From a virus (Duplodnaviria; Caudoviricetes): DNA of 64,000 bases. Positions 50,527 through 58,696 of the stretch are shown here, piece by piece (the stretch's first letter is position 1; every line of letters begins with the position of its first letter). The stretch spans positions 64,001 to 128,000 of the IMG/VR virus record IMGVR_UViG_3300021254_000021. One strand, given 5' to 3'. The notes under the pieces are model-generated. The model worked only from the letters and a program-made list of their open reading frames with translations, was not told the DNA's origin and made no database searches. Position numbers and translations under genes: made by a program.

Positions 50527-50979
50527 ATGGGTTTTGTAGTTGATTTAACAGGACAGAGATTTGGTAAACTTACTGTCTTAGAGCGGGCAGAGGATAGAGT
50601 AACCAAGTCTGGTAAAAAACTCGTGGCATGGTTGTGCAAATGCGACTGTGGTAAAAAATGTGTGATTAAGTCAACCAACCTTAAAAGTGGGAATACCAAA
50701 TCTTGCGGGTGTATAGCCCGCAAGATCAGACGAACAAAGCGTGATACACCCAATAAAAATGCAGAGGACTTTATAGGTAAACGGTTTGGTGTTTTAACCA
50801 TAGAGAAAGAGATTAAGCCTTATCGTTCCCCTAAAGGGGATAAGCACCGTCGTTTCCGATGTAAGTGTTATTGCGGGAAATATAAGGATGTCCGCATAGA
50901 TGAGCTGACTAATGGATCTGTTGTGTCTTGCGGTTGCTTATCTGCGAGGGATCTAGATAAGCTAAGAACCATTTTATAG
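50527..50979 (+). CDS. Two tandem Cys-rich modules typical of phage HNH/AP2 endonuclease N-termini, no nuclease domain
   Basis: DLTGQRFGKLTV...W.CKCDCG...KSCGC and IGKRFGVLTI...CKCYCG...SCGC. Confidence 0.7.
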   Translation: MGFVVDLTGQRFGKLTVLERAEDRVTKSGKKLVAWLCKCDCGKKCVIKSTNLKSGNTKSCGCIARKIRRTKRDTPNKNAEDFIGKRFGVLTIEKEIKPYRSPKGDKHRRFRCKCYCGKYKDVRIDELTNGSVVSCGCLSARDLDKLRTIL

Positions 50980-51042
50980 GGATAGGAAATAAATCAAATT
51001 TCCCCTGAGACCAATTTTACAAAAATTTCAAAGGAGTAAAGA
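50976..51042 (+). repeat. Intergenic hairpin-repeat element, copy 5 (shorter)
   Basis: AGGGA...TTCCCCT-GAGACCAATTTTACAAAAAT-ttc-AAGGAG. Confidence 0.85.
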
Positions 51043-51333
51043 ATGAAGAAATGGCAGAAAAATCCGTGGGCAGTGCCTAATTGTATACCTCCTTATGATG
51101 TTGTGGAATTTGATGAATACGGAAAGAAAATTTATGCTCATTCATACCGTAAGTTTGAAGATGCTTGGGCTCGTTTTCAGAAAGAACCAATAACTAATAA
51201 AGGTTGGATAGAGTTTCGTCGTCTTAATAAAGTGGATGCGGATATGACCACTATTTTTATTCATAATAATAAAGGTATAGAGAATGTAGTTGAATGGCGA
51301 AATCTTGATAAAGTTGGCAAAGTAAAAATTTAA
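51043..51333 (+). CDS. Hypothetical protein
   Basis: AAGGAG RBS. Confidence 0.65.
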   Translation: MKKWQKNPWAVPNCIPPYDVVEFDEYGKKIYAHSYRKFEDAWARFQKEPITNKGWIEFRRLNKVDADMTTIFIHNNKGIENVVEWRNLDKVGKVKI

Positions 51334-51359
51334 CCATTCATTTATAAAGGAGACTATTT

Positions 51360-51602
51360 ATGAAGTGGCATAAAACATCCTCTAAGGATAGACCGGAACG
51401 ATTACAGAAGTGTATTTGTTTGCAGGACTTAAAGACACGTTATTGCAGGTGTTTTATTCGTATTTTTCGGTATAACTACATAAAAGAAATAGATAAAGAG
51501 TATTGGGAAGATGATGATAACCTGTATGCGTTTTCAGACTTTGATGCTTGGGCGGAGTGGAAAGAGGTAGAAGATGACTATTTAGAAAAGTATGGGGGAT
51601 AG
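51360..51602 (+). CDS. DUF551-like small protein (MKWH family)
   Basis: MKWH...RP...C....AW..W.EV. Confidence 0.55.
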   Translation: MKWHKTSSKDRPERLQKCICLQDLKTRYCRCFIRIFRYNYIKEIDKEYWEDDDNLYAFSDFDAWAEWKEVEDDYLEKYGG

Positions 51603-51605
51603 GTT

Positions 51606-52043
51606 ATGAGATGGTACAGCACTAAAGAAAATGTTAAGATAACACAAAATCCGTACTACCTAGTTAAATATATTGACCAGTTTGGTAGAGAAGATATAGC
51701 TGACTGCATTTATAAGAATGATAAATTTATTAATTTGGATAAGATTATTCCAGAAGAATTAAATGAAGTTATTGCATGGTGTCCATTTGAAGAAATAGAA
51801 GAATACCTTAACTCACATAATCTTTGGAGAAACCGAGATGATGAGTGTGATTACTTTAATAACCTTGGAATAATTGTCTCTACTACAGATGATGGAGAGT
51901 CAGTAGTAGCTATCCCGGCCATAGGTAAAGTGATAAACGGTGAAAGAAGATTCTATGAGTTGTATGAAGATGGATTGCCTGTTGGTGTAGTTTATGGTTG
52001 GGTAGAAATTGGTGATATTTGGACAATCTTAGATAGAGGTTAG
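51606..52043 (+). CDS. DUF551-like protein, possibly two units
   Basis: MRWY...VIAWCPFEEI and ...VYGWVEIGDI. Confidence 0.55.
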   Translation: MRWYSTKENVKITQNPYYLVKYIDQFGREDIADCIYKNDKFINLDKIIPEELNEVIAWCPFEEIEEYLNSHNLWRNRDDECDYFNNLGIIVSTTDDGESVVAIPAIGKVINGERRFYELYEDGLPVGVVYGWVEIGDIWTILDRG

Positions 52044-52044
52044 T

Positions 52045-52287
52045 ATGATTGATAAGAACCACTGGAAAATAGCTTTTGCCTTCAATCCTAAGAAAACTTA
52101 CACAGAATTAAAATGTAAATTTTTCTCTGATCCAGATTTCCGTAATGAGGTATTAGATTCCATTCCAGAAGATAAAATGAAAGAGATGAAGGAAACTTAT
52201 CTGGCAACTTCCAAATTTAAAAATTTAACTTTTGAAGAATGGTTTGACTTTGTTAGACGTACAGGAATGATAATTCCTTCAGCATAA
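52045..52287 (+). CDS. Hypothetical protein
   Basis: Tightly packed ORF with GAGG RBS. Confidence 0.55.
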   Translation: MIDKNHWKIAFAFNPKKTYTELKCKFFSDPDFRNEVLDSIPEDKMKEMKETYLATSKFKNLTFEEWFDFVRRTGMIIPSA

Positions 52288-52298
52288 AGGAACAAATT

Positions 52299-52577
52299 AT
52301 GAAACAGTTTCGATATTGTTTGATGATCTTTAAAAGATCAGATATGGACACACCAAACATTAAGTATGAATACATCCACTTTAAGAAAGCGGATGATGAG
52401 GAGGCTATTGCGTATGCAGAGCAATACAGCAAAGAGCATATAGGTTATGTTATTAGGCTAAGATTAAGAAGATGGTGCAAAGAGCTAAATAAAGTAGAGT
52501 GGAGTACAATCATTAGTTTTTACAATGGTCGTATCTTCAGTAACAGCTTAATCTTTAAAACAAAAGGGTATTGGTGA
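52299..52577 (+). CDS. Hypothetical protein
   Basis: AAGGA RBS. Confidence 0.55.
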   Translation: MKQFRYCLMIFKRSDMDTPNIKYEYIHFKKADDEEAIAYAEQYSKEHIGYVIRLRLRRWCKELNKVEWSTIISFYNGRIFSNSLIFKTKGYW

Positions 52578-52584
52578 ATAAGAG

Positions 52585-52779
52585 ATGAAATGGCATTATA
52601 CAGAAAATGAATTGCCTGAGCAATATGAAGAGTGTTTTTGTGATACTGGAGAATTTCATGGCTACCAAACACTTACTTACAGTGACACAGAATTTTATGA
52701 CAAAGAATGTGTAGAGTTTGAAGTAACAAGATGGGCACGGGTTTCTGAAATCGTTACTATGCTTAACAAGAACACATAA
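52585..52779 (+). CDS. DUF551-like small protein (MKWH family)
   Basis: MKWHYTENELPE...VTRWARV; close paralog of 63669. Confidence 0.6.
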   Translation: MKWHYTENELPEQYEECFCDTGEFHGYQTLTYSDTEFYDKECVEFEVTRWARVSEIVTMLNKNT

Positions 52780-52825
52780 AGAAAATTATGATATGAAAGA
52801 GTCTGACTACTAAGGAGAATAAGCT

Positions 52826-53092
52826 ATGAAATGGCATTATTTGAAAAATGAAGGTTATCCGAAATGGTATGCAGAAATAATTGTGAAATGTGAAGATGGT
52901 GACGTGTTGAAAACGGGTTATTCATCTTATGACGATGATAAAGACTATCACCATAAATCTTTTGAAGTGTCTTTTTATGATGATGAAGGTTTTGATGCTG
53001 ATATGGGATCTCTGAAGTGGATTAATGTTGTTGCATGGTGTTACATAGAGGATGTCTATGAAGAACTACAAAAACAGGAGGTACAACCATGA
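52826..53092 (+). CDS. DUF551-like small protein (MKWH family)
   Basis: MKWHY...P...VVAWCYIEDV. Confidence 0.6.
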   Translation: MKWHYLKNEGYPKWYAEIIVKCEDGDVLKTGYSSYDDDKDYHHKSFEVSFYDDEGFDADMGSLKWINVVAWCYIEDVYEELQKQEVQP

Positions 53093-53265
53093 AAATAAAA
53101 GAGCTGATTGATTTGTTATCAGAATATGATTCTGATTTGGAAATAGAGTTTGAGTTTGAAGAATATTATGATGATTTTGGGACATGGCTATTAGAGTTTG
53201 ATAAACTTTTGAAACGTGTCTATGATAAAGAGTTTCTTCTTTTTAATTTGAAAAAGCGAAATTAA
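53089..53265 (+). CDS. Small acidic protein, MxxxELI family (58 aa, not in ORF track)
   Basis: MKIKELIDLLSEYDSDLEI; GGAGG RBS; ATGA overlap. Confidence 0.7.
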   Translation: MKIKELIDLLSEYDSDLEIEFEFEEYYDDFGTWLLEFDKLLKRVYDKEFLLFNLKKRN

Positions 53266-53316
53266 TAAGTGGTTATTACTGAAGTCACCTGATCATAGAA
53301 ATAAGGAGAACAAACT

Positions 53317-53487
53317 ATGACAGAGAAAGAACTAATTGAAATATTACAGCAATTTGACCCAGAATGCAAAGTAATGATAGAAGCAGACAGGTTGGATATT
53401 ACATACGGTGGCATAACTTCAGTATATGAAAACTTGTTTTCTAAAGAACCTATAGTTGAAATAACATTTGACTGTGGTATAGTATAG
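53317..53487 (+). CDS. Small protein, MxxxELI family (56 aa, not in ORF track)
   Basis: MTEKELIEILQQFDPECKVMI; AAGGAG RBS. Confidence 0.7.
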   Translation: MTEKELIEILQQFDPECKVMIEADRLDITYGGITSVYENLFSKEPIVEITFDCGIV

Positions 53488-53498
53488 GGGACACTGCA

Positions 53499-53717
53499 AT
53501 GAAAAATGAAGAGTACAGAAAATTTCTTAGAGACTTAGAGCATGATATATTCAATAGATGTCCCATTATTGGAACCACTAATGCTAAAGCAGTGGTTAGT
53601 AAAGCTGATATGGAAAAACACAGTTACAGTGAGTACGAAGTTGAGCAGTATGCTTATGAATTGGCAGATTTTGTAGAAAACTGCATTAAAGAATATATAA
53701 ACAACACAATGTTATAA
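53499..53717 (+). CDS. Hypothetical protein
   Basis: 72-aa ORF. Confidence 0.55.
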   Translation: MKNEEYRKFLRDLEHDIFNRCPIIGTTNAKAVVSKADMEKHSYSEYEVEQYAYELADFVENCIKEYINNTML

Positions 53718-53768
53718 ATTAAGTACAATACATGAAAGAATTGTATTGTACTTATAGGAGAAAGAACA

Positions 53769-53945
53769 ATGACAGTAAAAGAGTTAATAGAAAAACTAGC
53801 ATTACTAGATTCTGATTCACAGGTTCTAATTCAGTATATGGATGCTGATGCTTATGGTTCGTGTTGGAAAGATCTTGAAGACTTTGACGAAGACGATGTT
53901 AGAGCAAAAGATGATATTGTAATTATTGATATTTCTGATAAATAG
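53769..53945 (+). CDS. Small acidic protein, MxxxELI family (58 aa, not in ORF track)
   Basis: MTVKELIEKLALLDSDSQVLI; AGGAG RBS. Confidence 0.7.
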   Translation: MTVKELIEKLALLDSDSQVLIQYMDADAYGSCWKDLEDFDEDDVRAKDDIVIIDISDK

Positions 53946-53955
53946 GATGTTTCTA

Positions 53956-54117
53956 ATGACAGCTGGAGAATTGATTGAAATGTTAAATACAGTGGATCCT
54001 GATATGGAGGTTGTCATTGAAGGACGTGACTCCACTGGTGAGTGTTGTGATGCTTATGAAATGACTGAGAAACATATTTATATTGGTGATGAGCGTATTG
54101 TCATTGTTGCGGAGTAG
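53956..54117 (+). CDS. Small acidic protein, MxxxELI family
   Basis: MTAGELIEMLNTVDPDMEVVI; start inferred from paralogy. Confidence 0.7.
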   Translation: MTAGELIEMLNTVDPDMEVVIEGRDSTGECCDAYEMTEKHIYIGDERIVIVAE

Positions 54118-54119
54118 TT

Positions 54120-54326
54120 ATGAAAGAGAGAATAATGTACGTTATTCAGAGAGCTGACGGTAAATTTTATTGGAAGCATCAGAGTATTTCCTCATATTAC
54201 GGATATGAAAGTTTCGACAAAGCACATTTGTTTTCTACCGAAAGGGGAGCGAAAGCTAGGATCGGTTATGGTAATGAAGGACAGGAGTGCAAAGTTAAAC
54301 AGGTTAAAATAGTGCTTGTTGACTAA
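54120..54326 (+). CDS. Hypothetical protein
   Basis: GGAG RBS. Confidence 0.55.
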   Translation: MKERIMYVIQRADGKFYWKHQSISSYYGYESFDKAHLFSTERGAKARIGYGNEGQECKVKQVKIVLVD

Positions 54327-54386
54327 AGAGACACTTGCACCACTTTCGTAAAGTTCTCAATCTGCATTTGCTAAGGAGAATCGGCT

Positions 54387-55043
54387 ATGACAGACAACTT
54401 TAAACTTATTAAAGACTTTATTCAATCTCAATGGGGCGGCCAATTTGATTCTTTTACAAACGTATTCTATATGGTAGACATTATTGGGCGTGCTAAAGAT
54501 AATGCTCGTATTATAGCAGGTAATCATAAATTCAAAACATACTATATCAGAACAATAGAAGATTTTGATAAGTACGAGAATGAAATTAAGTTGCTTTGTG
54601 ACACTCTTCAGATGCGAGCTTATATTTCAGTCAACCATAAGTCGATGAAGCATGTAACACTAAACACTATGGCAGAGTATGCTAATCGTATTGCACAAGA
54701 AAATTTTGATAAACCATATTCTGTGTTTGATTCATGTGCTGCAAAGTATGTAGAACGCTCAGAACAGCTATGGATTATTGATGTCGATAAAGAGGATGTA
54801 GAACATTATAGCTTAACTGCACCCATGACAGTAGATGATCTTGTTGAACTTTACATTAAGATTATAGAGTCTTGTGAACCTAAAAAGAAAATCGTTACTG
54901 TAATTCCAACTAAGACAGGCAAACATATTATCACACATCCGTTTAATACAATAGAGTTTTGTAATAAAGCACCACATTGTAAGTGTATGGAAGGTCTTAT
55001 AAAGAAGAACAATAACACCCTTCTCTATGAGAACATTAAATAA
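54387..55043 (+). CDS. Phage protein with AEP/PrimPol-like motifs
   Basis: WIIDVD (hhhDhD) and IPTKTGKHII (T..G.H). Confidence 0.5.
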   Translation: MTDNFKLIKDFIQSQWGGQFDSFTNVFYMVDIIGRAKDNARIIAGNHKFKTYYIRTIEDFDKYENEIKLLCDTLQMRAYISVNHKSMKHVTLNTMAEYANRIAQENFDKPYSVFDSCAAKYVERSEQLWIIDVDKEDVEHYSLTAPMTVDDLVELYIKIIESCEPKKKIVTVIPTKTGKHIITHPFNTIEFCNKAPHCKCMEGLIKKNNNTLLYENIK

Positions 55044-55060
55044 GGTAAGGAGGGCAAGCA

Positions 55061-55390
55061 ATGAAAGTTCAGGAATTGATTGATGTATTAAAGAGACTCA
55101 AACCTGATAGTGAGGTTCTGATTAGAGCTTGGTATGAAACAGTCATTCAAGATGAAGACACAGTGGATGAGAGAGTGGTTAAGTTTAATGAAGATTATTT
55201 TAGTACAGATTATGATTATGACGGAAATTTTGTAATTTTTACTAGTTTAGAAGATGATGATGAAGAAGACTTTTATGAAACTCCAGAACAACGAGCTAAA
55301 GAGCATCGCCGTTCAGAATTGTACAGAGAGTATTTAGAAAATGGTGGTACACTTTCGTGGAATGAATTTCACGAAGGGAAAACAGAATAG
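55061..55390 (+). CDS. Acidic protein, MxxxELI family with C-terminal extension
   Basis: MKVQELIDVLKRLKPDSEVLI. Confidence 0.65.
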   Translation: MKVQELIDVLKRLKPDSEVLIRAWYETVIQDEDTVDERVVKFNEDYFSTDYDYDGNFVIFTSLEDDDEEDFYETPEQRAKEHRRSELYREYLENGGTLSWNEFHEGKTE

Positions 55391-55428
55391 GCATGTAGTA
55401 TATCGGTAAGCATAAAGGAGAATGAGAA

Positions 55429-55830
55429 ATGAGTTTAGATTTTTACGTAAATGTCCCGGAACAAACATATTATACACGTGAGAATGGTAGTACTGTAAGA
55501 AAACCTGCACCAGATTGTAATTATGAGAGTTTGCTTATTGGTAATATTACCCATAATCTTAATCAAATGGCAATGCACGTTCCTGTATCAGACACATTAA
55601 CCCTCTATAATGTGTTATGGCGTCCAGATGAATCAGACCTTAAAACCACTGATGATATTCTGGAGTATGTGACAATCGGTGTTAAATATCTGATTGACCA
55701 CAAAGAAGAATTACTGCAATATAATCCAGATAACGGATGGGGAAGCTATGAAGGGCTATTAAACTTTTCAAGACGTGTTGGTTCTGCTTGTCTATTTCAT
55801 CCACATTGCGAGATTGAAGTGAGTAGATGA
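55429..55830 (+). CDS. Conserved-looking phage hypothetical protein
   Basis: MSLD...NITHNL..MA...YNPDNGWGSYE. Confidence 0.6.
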   Translation: MSLDFYVNVPEQTYYTRENGSTVRKPAPDCNYESLLIGNITHNLNQMAMHVPVSDTLTLYNVLWRPDESDLKTTDDILEYVTIGVKYLIDHKEELLQYNPDNGWGSYEGLLNFSRRVGSACLFHPHCEIEVSR

Positions 55831-56276
55831 TAAGGAGTAGGGAGATGGATACTGGTTGGAAAGAATTAAAATATACTCTACTAAACCTATATAGAAGGTG
55901 TTATGAACATGATAAAAAGTATAGAGAATACCTTGAGAGTACTCATAACCTTCAGAATTTAGAAAACTATAGAAATTCCTTTTCTAATCATAAACCTGCA
56001 CCCTACATTGTTCTTCAACACGTTAAAGATTTATCGGAAGATGGTAGAGATAAGCAAGATAAATATATTCTTTATTATCTTTTGCGCATAGATTCTACGC
56101 TAGATAGAATACCCATTGTTCATAAAATGTTGTCTATTATAGACGCTGATTATGAGAAAAAAGAAGAAACATTAAGGGAATCTATGAGTTCCTTTTGTGA
56201 AAACAAGAATGATCTTGAACTATTTAAGCGTATGATGATAGATTATAACAACCTAATAAGTGACAAAGTTTACTAA
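55827..56276 (+). CDS. Hypothetical protein
   Basis: Packed ORF; start may be the downstream MDTG. Confidence 0.55.
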   Translation: MIRSREMDTGWKELKYTLLNLYRRCYEHDKKYREYLESTHNLQNLENYRNSFSNHKPAPYIVLQHVKDLSEDGRDKQDKYILYYLLRIDSTLDRIPIVHKMLSIIDADYEKKEETLRESMSSFCENKNDLELFKRMMIDYNNLISDKVY

Positions 56277-56309
56277 TCTTTAGGAGAAATAATAAGGAGA
56301 TAACAAACC

Positions 56310-56546
56310 ATGAAAGAACAGGACACTACACATGAAGACCGTATAGTACTAATAACTAATGATGAGCGTCGTATGATTGTTCGTGCATTAGGTTTGTTAG
56401 AAACAGCATTGAACATAGAAGATGATGTTTGTTCTGATGATTATAAAGAATCTGTAAGAGAACTAGCTCATGTCTTTTGTGAAGAAAACTGGATGCCTCA
56501 ATACTATATTAACTCCTATAAAGTTCGATCGTTAGATGAGGTTTAA
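56310..56546 (+). CDS. Hypothetical protein
   Basis: AAGGAG RBS. Confidence 0.55.
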   Translation: MKEQDTTHEDRIVLITNDERRMIVRALGLLETALNIEDDVCSDDYKESVRELAHVFCEENWMPQYYINSYKVRSLDEV

Positions 56547-57261
56547 TATGTTAGACATCTACCTCTATCGTCGAAATAAGAAAAGAAAGAGAATCACTAT
56601 AAAGGATGCTAACAAGGAACTTATAGAACTACTAGAACAATCGCCAATAAAAGAGCTTAGAGAACTGAAAGAGTATAGCCAGTATATAGACAAACCATTT
56701 ATAGAGTGTTTAAAAGAAGCGATAAATGGTTATGTTGGGGTTATCTCTGGTGGCTTACAATCAGAAGAAGTCAGTCACAGTAAAGGTCTATGGAGTGTTC
56801 TCTGTATGTTTAAGGATTATACAGAGAATTGCTCTAATATGGTTTTAGAGCAAGACACAGTTAAAGAATTATTCGATCTTGTCACAAAATCATTATGTGA
56901 TGTCGAGAGACACTTTGAAGATAAGGGATTTAAAATAATTAAATCCCCAATAAGTGATGATAGTGATAACTTATTGTTATTACAAAGTGATGGGTATGTA
57001 GCCGTTTCTGTTATTAACAGAGGAAATTTTGAGTTTGAATCTACTGGAAAGATAGATCATACACTTGAGTATGAAGCTAATAAAGTTTGCTATGATAGGT
57101 TTTATTTTTACGACACGGATCCTTTAGACACAAGTAGAACAAAGAAGTATTATGATGCTTGGATTTATGAGAAACTAATTAAATTGTATAAAGATTTGAA
57201 AAAGATTATAGAAGAGACAGACTTTAGTAAACAGCAAATTGTACTTAACGCTTCTTGGTAA
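56536..57261 (+). CDS. Hypothetical protein
   Basis: 241-aa ORF; start may be MLDIY. Confidence 0.55.
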   Translation: MRFNMLDIYLYRRNKKRKRITIKDANKELIELLEQSPIKELRELKEYSQYIDKPFIECLKEAINGYVGVISGGLQSEEVSHSKGLWSVLCMFKDYTENCSNMVLEQDTVKELFDLVTKSLCDVERHFEDKGFKIIKSPISDDSDNLLLLQSDGYVAVSVINRGNFEFESTGKIDHTLEYEANKVCYDRFYFYDTDPLDTSRTKKYYDAWIYEKLIKLYKDLKKIIEETDFSKQQIVLNASW

Positions 57262-57264
57262 GTT

Positions 57265-57380
57265 ATCAACTACCAACAGTCTGAATAACTATGGATTTGC
57301 AACAGTCTTGTGGCAGTTGCTCTCAGTATAGAAGCGAACGTGACGTTGCATTCGGGTACATTGTCGAAACTACCATAGAG
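57265..57380 (+). ncRNA. Possible degenerate IscB/IsrB omegaRNA (HEARO-like) remnant
   Basis: Begins ATCAACTACC + hairpin + TTTG, contains ACATTGTCGAA; no IscB ORF follows. Confidence 0.4.
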
Positions 57381-57444
57381 ACAGTAAAGGAACAATTTTA
57401 AGTATTACAACCAATGACGGCTACCTGTTTAAGGAGACAAAGAT

Positions 57445-58044
57445 ATGGAAGATAGCTTAGACCAAATAATACGGCAAAAGAAATTCGAGAGTAACAAAGA
57501 GCAAATAAGGAACTTTATTATTCATTGCCTAGGTTTTCAACCAGAGGACATGACAGGCGGCGAGTTTGCAAATGACTTCATGTGGAAAACAAAGAATGCA
57601 GAATTTAGGATAATATTTTATTACGGCTGTACATGGAAGGATGAGAAGGATTACTTTTGGTATTTTCTAAGGATTAACGGTAATAAAACTGAAGGGGAAT
57701 ACCACTTCAATGATCCTTTATACTGTGAGGATGAGGAAGAAATAGTTAAGATTATACAGCCTTTTAAAGACTGTATAGAGAATAGAAAGACTCTTAATGT
57801 CACTTCAAACAGAGAGTCAAAACCATTCACATACAGGTACTATGTTATTCAGGCTTTTAGAGACAATCTTTGGAGTGATGTCTTATTTAGTAGAGGGAAT
57901 ATTTGTACGGCTAATAAAAAAGCAAGACATTACCGAAATCAGAATGATTGTGAAACCCGCGTGGTTGAGATACGAGAGAACATTGCATATTCCTATGAGT
58001 ATGAAGTAGTGGATAAGTATGATAGAAACAAGGAGAAGGAATAA
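57445..58044 (+). CDS. Hypothetical protein
   Basis: AAGGAG RBS. Confidence 0.6.
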   Translation: MEDSLDQIIRQKKFESNKEQIRNFIIHCLGFQPEDMTGGEFANDFMWKTKNAEFRIIFYYGCTWKDEKDYFWYFLRINGNKTEGEYHFNDPLYCEDEEEIVKIIQPFKDCIENRKTLNVTSNRESKPFTYRYYVIQAFRDNLWSDVLFSRGNICTANKKARHYRNQNDCETRVVEIRENIAYSYEYEVVDKYDRNKEKE

Positions 58045-58511
58045 TGGATAAGGATAGGAAAATGAGATGTAAAGTTTGCATTAAAGAGATTGTGTTTGGT
58101 TATGTTGATCCAAACAAAGATTATACCCTGTGTGAGAAATGTGCTTTTAAAGATGAGGATCATTCAGAGTATTATGAGAAAACGCATAAAATAAGGAGAC
58201 GAACAATGAAAGTTACTCTTGACAGAATAGAACAACTTCAAAACGGATCTGCCTACATTGTTTTTCTCACTGATATAAACACTCACTTCATTGGTAAGTT
58301 TTCATTCATTGTTCCTAAAGCGTTTGCTTCAAGGGTGTGTCGATATATTGTGGAAAACACATTTGGTTATGGAACAGAGTTGGATGTTAGCATAATTCCT
58401 TTAAGTAATGGTAAAGAGATGATGGAAATAACAAGCTACGTCTCGTATGATCCTAAATCAAAAACGGTACTTCGTTTAACAGAATATAGTCGTGATAAAA
58501 ACAATGAATAA
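58044..58511 (+). CDS. Hypothetical protein (CxxC...CxxC N-terminus; probable internal start at 58207)
   Basis: In-frame AAGGAG-acgaaca-ATG inside the ORF. Confidence 0.55.
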   Translation: MDKDRKMRCKVCIKEIVFGYVDPNKDYTLCEKCAFKDEDHSEYYEKTHKIRRRTMKVTLDRIEQLQNGSAYIVFLTDINTHFIGKFSFIVPKAFASRVCRYIVENTFGYGTELDVSIIPLSNGKEMMEITSYVSYDPKSKTVLRLTEYSRDKNNE

Positions 58512-58696
58512 CATTCTACTAACACTCTTAATATTCATCCCGACCGCACTTTTATTCTTTATTATCATTCCTCTTTTTCTAAGATGGTTTTTCGTGGATA
58601 GAAAACTGAAAGGAAAATAAGTGAGGATTATTATCTATAAAATAGGGTTGTTTCTTTTTATCTGTAAGAACAGATATTTTTAAGGAGAATAAAGAG

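Noticed and set aside
48056-51042. Repeats as a CRISPR array
   Set aside because: Units are separated by whole genes of 0.2-1.3 kb, the repeats are degenerate and end in RBSs, and no cas genes are present.
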